From NCBI GenBank assembly GCA_964430305.1, contig CAYSEX010000003.1, positions 3,837 through 67,836 on the forward strand: a DNA stretch of 64,000 bases, given 5' to 3'. Below, one piece after another: positions 60,471-64,000 of this stretch. Below the pieces are notes generated by a model, which ran no database searches, was not told the origin of the DNA, and was given only the letters and a program-made list of their open reading frames with translations. Every line of letters starts with the position of its first letter. Within the stretch, counting starts at the first letter, position 1. This DNA comes from an uncultured Chryseobacterium sp. (GTDB taxonomy: Bacteria; Bacteroidota; Bacteroidia; Flavobacteriales_D; Sanyastnellaceae). A program made the position numbers and the translations under genes.

Positions 60471-63296
60471 TTAATTCTGAAAATAAAACGGTGCGGTTTG
60501 TTTTTTTCCATTTGAAATGACCGAAACGAAGTATACGCCCGGTTGCAAATGCAAATCAGACAAATTCAGTTTTTTGGTATTCATTCCGGAAAGGGCCGGA
60601 GAGATCTCGTGTTGAATGGTTCTTCCAACGCAATCTAAAATTTGAATTTGAATTTGTCCGGCGTGGCTCATTTCAAACGCAAGGTTCAATTCATTACTTG
60701 TTGGATTGGGCCAAATCATAAATTCCGATTGTGCTATGCTCATGATTTCTTCCATAGACGTGTTCAGATCGGGAAGTGGAAGTTGGTAATCGGTATAAAT
60801 ATGGTATTCACCAGGTTCGAAGTAGAATCCATTGTTTAAGTCAGATACTTCGAAAGCATTTCCCGAAAAGTAATCATACCACGTACCCGTATGCTGGAAT
60901 CCAGGTACCATGGTGAGCGCAGTAGCTTGGAAATTTCCAACTACAACTGCATTTTGAGTGGTTCCATTTAAGTGAATTCGTTTACCAAAACCACCAAGAT
61001 CTATGTTGTAATTGGTTGTACTGAATAATGCTTGGGTCTTTTTCAAGTTATTCAATGCAGCGGTTATTTTGTATAAATGCATTCTGTTTTGATTGGTGAG
61101 ATAGTCCCAACGAACAGGTTTCGCATCAGTTCTGCATCCGGTACTTATGGTTACTCCGTCAGAACATGTATTTATGCTATAATCGTATCCCAATTCTCCG
61201 AATTGCCACAACATTTTTGGACCTGGTATTGGGAGTAATAAACAATGTGCAAGCTCTTGTCTTTTTAGAGCTGTATTTAGATCTTGAATGTTGTATCCAC
61301 CATTTGATGCCCCATACAACAGGTTTTTGTACATAAGCCTTTCTTCGTCATGGCTCTCGGCATACGTTACTAAATGGGGTTGTGACCACCCTCTGTTTTG
61401 GTAGCTTCCCCAAGAGAAGTTAGAGGTGTATCCCATGGAACCTTCTGAGTATTCATGATTCAAATTTCCCCAAAGCATCATGCCGTTGCTAGATAAAGTA
61501 CTTTCTTCATCATTATTTGCAAAGTGCTCAAGAATAAGATAGGCGCCCGGTTCATTGGCTTGAATATGACTGTAATAATCAGTTAGAATATTAATTCTAC
61601 TTTGATCGTACGCTCCCCAAGCACCAATGTTACCTAGGGTGTAGTTTTGTGTAAATCCTTTTGAGAGGTCAAATCTGTATCCATCCACATGAAACTCGTT
61701 CATCCAATAAGCAAGAACACGCTTACAAAAATCTCGGGTGCGTGAACTCTCATGGTTGAAGTCATACCCTACATTGAAATCATGCTTGGGTGTTTGATTG
61801 AACCAAGGGTTCTCGGCTGTAGGCTGACCAGAGTCTCCTGCATTTGGATCGAAATACATACGAACCATAGGGTTCTGGCCAAAACTATGATTCAGAGCAA
61901 TATCTAGAATGACTGCGATTCCTCTGTTGTGAGCTTCATTGATGAATGTTTTCAATGCTTCAGCGGTACCATATGCCTTATCTGGAGCGAAATAAAATGA
62001 AGGGTTATAACCCCAACTGTTGTTTCCTTCAAATTCATTGATTGGCATCAGTTGAATGGCTGTAACACCAAGGTTTTCAAGATAATCAAGAGAATCTTTG
62101 AGTGACTGATAAGAACGATCTTCTAAGAAATCACGAACCAACAATTCATAGACCACCAACTTACTTTTGGCAGGACGAACAAAGGCTTGATCGGTCCAGT
62201 TGAAAGAAGGAGGGTTGATTGTGAAAACCGAAACAGGTTCAGATGTTAATCCTACAGGGTAATCAATGAGATTCGGATAGGTAGTTTCGCTGATCCATGG
62301 ATCATTCCAATAATCTAAAATTTTGTCCGCGTAAACATCTGCTACACGCATTCCTTCCGCATCAATGTGATATTGAAAACGATATTCTACTCCAGACTGA
62401 AGATTCGGAATGTCTAACCAATAGGTTGAACCATCTGGAGTTCTATTCATGAGGTAGTTCAAATTGAGTTCCCAATTATTAAAGTCTCCAACTACGAAAA
62501 CATAATCTTTATTTGGGGCGTAGAGTTGAAGTCGAACCGAATTGCCCGATGTATAATTAATTCCATCTACAGTTCCTGAAGGTGACGCCGCAACAGGAAT
62601 TGAGGGCATTATGATCAAAGTCTTTTCGTCTGTAATTATTTCACTTCCATTGTCGGCCGAAAGCGAGAGAACATAGCTTCCAGATGAAGATTGATTAAAC
62701 GTATAATTCAAAGATGTAACACCATTTCCATTAGCAACCACATTGCCATTCATTGAGATGGTCATGTTGCAGGCTTGAGATGCATTGGCTACAACGGCAA
62801 CATTCTGACCCGCGTTCACAATCTGTGAATTGTTAATGGGTTGCGATAAAGAAGCATTGAAACCTGCAGGATAAATGTCAAGGTAAATATCGCTTCCATC
62901 TGCATTTCTTCCTACTGTAGTTCCTTGTTGATTCCGGAACACAAACATGAGTTTGGAAACCGTTTCACCTACATTCAATCCGTAAAACGTTTGAGGTGTT
63001 ATCACAATTTGATGCAAGTTGTTTCCAAGTGGGGTCATAACAACGTTGGGATCTGCTGTTCCCCAGTTTCCTATGACATGCTGCCAATCATTGGCATTTG
63101 CACTGTTGCTAGAAATTACTCCAGTATGTGCGTAAATGGGAATGAATCCGGTTAAATCGCCATTTCCTGAAGTGGCATCGTAGATAATGGTAATTTGATC
63201 TGTTTGAGTGGGAAATGCCGGTGTTGACGATAATATTTGAGCCGACAAATTCAAACTAAATAAAGCGAATAAAATGGTGTAAAGCTTTTTTCTCAT
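60471..63296 (-). CDS. Multidomain GH13 alpha-amylase-family enzyme: N-terminal binding-like modules, a CBM48-like domain, the GH13 core, and a T9SS C-terminal domain
   Basis: GH13 signature regions are DIALNHS, GYRFDLSKG, LILEHF and YAESHDE. The CBM48-like block is VRLQLYAPNKDYVFVVGDFNNWE. The tail is MIWPNPTSNELNLAF... The start was set at MRKKLYTILF because a -7 box lies inside the longer ORF. Confidence 0.9.
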   Translation of the reverse strand: MRKKLYTILFALFSLNLSAQILSSTPAFPTQTDQITIIYDATSGNGDLTGFIPIYAHTGVISSNSANANDWQHVIGNWGTADPNVVMTPLGNNLHQIVITPQTFYGLNVGETVSKLMFVFRNQQGTTVGRNADGSDIYLDIYPAGFNASLSQPINNSQIVNAGQNVAVVANASQACNMTISMNGNVVANGNGVTSLNYTFNQSSSGSYVLSLSADNGSEIITDEKTLIIMPSIPVAASPSGTVDGINYTSGNSVRLQLYAPNKDYVFVVGDFNNWELNLNYLMNRTPDGSTYWLDIPNLQSGVEYRFQYHIDAEGMRVADVYADKILDYWNDPWISETTYPNLIDYPVGLTSEPVSVFTINPPSFNWTDQAFVRPAKSKLVVYELLVRDFLEDRSYQSLKDSLDYLENLGVTAIQLMPINEFEGNNSWGYNPSFYFAPDKAYGTAEALKTFINEAHNRGIAVILDIALNHSFGQNPMVRMYFDPNAGDSGQPTAENPWFNQTPKHDFNVGYDFNHESSRTRDFCKRVLAYWMNEFHVDGYRFDLSKGFTQNYTLGNIGAWGAYDQSRINILTDYYSHIQANEPGAYLILEHFANNDEESTLSSNGMMLWGNLNHEYSEGSMGYTSNFSWGSYQNRGWSQPHLVTYAESHDEERLMYKNLLYGASNGGYNIQDLNTALKRQELAHCLLLPIPGPKMLWQFGELGYDYSINTCSDGVTISTGCRTDAKPVRWDYLTNQNRMHLYKITAALNNLKKTQALFSTTNYNIDLGGFGKRIHLNGTTQNAVVVGNFQATALTMVPGFQHTGTWYDYFSGNAFEVSDLNNGFYFEPGEYHIYTDYQLPLPDLNTSMEEIMSIAQSEFMIWPNPTSNELNLAFEMSHAGQIQIQILDCVGRTIQHEISPALSGMNTKKLNLSDLHLQPGVYFVSVISNGKKQTAPFYFQN

Positions 63297-63313
63297 ATGC
63301 ATTGTATGTGCAT

Positions 63314-63321
63314 CAAATATA
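63314..63321 (-). promoter_or_regulatory. -7 box (TAtaTTTG) for the amylase/PUL
   Basis: The reverse complement reads TATATTTG, 1 nt downstream of site B. The implied leader is very short. Confidence 0.4.
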
Positions 63322-63322
63322 G

Positions 63323-63341
63323 GAAAGTGTATTTTGTACAC
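63323..63341. promoter_or_regulatory. Operator-like site B: GTGTACAAAATACACTTTC on the minus strand
   Basis: It matches site A at 18 of 19 positions. The minus strand reads GTGTACAAAATACACTTTC-C-TATATTTG. Confidence 0.6.
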
Positions 63342-63402
63342 CAACTAATTACCTCGATTTTTAAAATTTCATTCGTTACTTTGGAAAATCAATTGAAAAG
63401 AC

Positions 63403-64000
63403 ATGCAATTACTTGACGGATTATCCCTTTCGAAGACCATTAAATTGGAATTGAAGGAACAAGTTGAAAAACGAAAATCAGAAAATAAAAAAACGCCACA
63501 CTTAGCGGCTGTTCTTGTTGGCAATAATGGTGCAAGTCAAACGTATGTTAATGCGAAGGTAAAGGCGTGCAATGAGGTTGGATTTGATTCAACTTTGATT
63601 CATTTGCCTGAAGATATTTCTGAGCATGACTTGTTATTTGAGATTGAAAAACTGAATTTGAATCCAGATATTGACGGGTACATTGTTCAACTGCCTCTTC
63701 CGCAACACATCAACGAGAAAAAAATATTGTTGGCTATTGATCCCATGAAAGACGTAGATGGTTTTCATCCCGAAAATGTGGGAAGAATGATGCTCAACAT
63801 GAAAACGTTTCTTCCTGCTACACCCATGGGAATAATTACGTTACTGGAACGAAACAAAATTGAAACTTCAGGAAAACACGCTGTTGTATTGGGAAGGTCA
63901 CACATTGTAGGACTTCCAATATCTATTTTACTTCAACGAAATCATCCTTTTGGCAATTGCACCGTTACATTGTGTCATTCTAAAACGCAGAACATAGAGG
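63403..64000 (+). CDS. folD: Bifunctional methylenetetrahydrofolate dehydrogenase/cyclohydrolase, partial (the 3' end runs off the window)
   Basis: Manual translation gives MQLLDGLSLSKTIK...PHLAAVLVGNNGASQTYVNAKVKAC...DGYIVQLPLP.HI...DVDGFHPENVG...LPATPMGI..LL. It is not in the ORF track because no stop codon lies in the window. Confidence 0.9.
   Translation, partial: MQLLDGLSLSKTIKLELKEQVEKRKSENKKTPHLAAVLVGNNGASQTYVNAKVKACNEVGFDSTLIHLPEDISEHDLLFEIEKLNLNPDIDGYIVQLPLPQHINEKKILLAIDPMKDVDGFHPENVGRMMLNMKTFLPATPMGIITLLERNKIETSGKHAVVLGRSHIVGLPISILLQRNHPFGNCTVTLCHSKTQNIE

Noticed and set aside
63297-63344. The longer start of the amylase ORF (MVYKIHFPIFDAHTMHM...).
   Set aside because: The extension contains the TATATTTG -7 box and operator-like site B, and it lacks signal-peptide character. 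MRKKLYTILFALFSLNLSAQ, starting at 63296, is a typical signal peptide.

Overview
This is a low-GC Bacteroidota chromosomal segment, probably Flavobacteriia-like; the species cannot be determined from sequence alone. The lineage call rests on a SusC/SusD pair, three proteins with T9SS (Por) C-terminal sorting domains, and TAnnTTTG-type -7 promoter boxes upstream of all four tRNA genes. The window is densely packed, mostly core-type genes: fadH-like reductase, GH65 phosphorylase, katG, gmd-fcl, typA, ligA, era, ispE, moaDE, folD, carotenoid genes, and tRNA-Asp, tRNA-Met, tRNA-Arg and tRNA-fMet. I found no rRNA, CRISPR array, transposase, integrase or recognisable defence gene.

Three observations stand out.
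1. A 19-nt operator-like motif, GTGTA-N5-TACACTTTC, occurs at least four times. One copy is in the promoter of a Nudix-domain (NrtR/AraR-like) regulator, one upstream of the GH65 phosphorylase, and two are 56-61 kb away in front of susC and a T9SS-type GH13 amylase. This suggests an undescribed Nudix-regulator-controlled alpha-glucan regulon.
2. A Fur-family regulator is transcribed divergently from a His-rich TonB-dependent receptor. That receptor is translationally coupled to a 71-aa CXXCH/HCHEH mini-lipoprotein, and a signal-peptide-bearing KatG lies downstream. Twin TGCAA-N5-TTGCA palindromes cover both divergent -7 boxes.
3. There are several odd small genes: a secreted tandem-repeat protein (SYxTxGYxxxGRxQ), a 258-aa minimal GH13-like protein, and a tRNA-bracketed MBOAT/SGNH cassette.

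All functional calls come from my reading of the translated ORFs and motifs. No database search was run.
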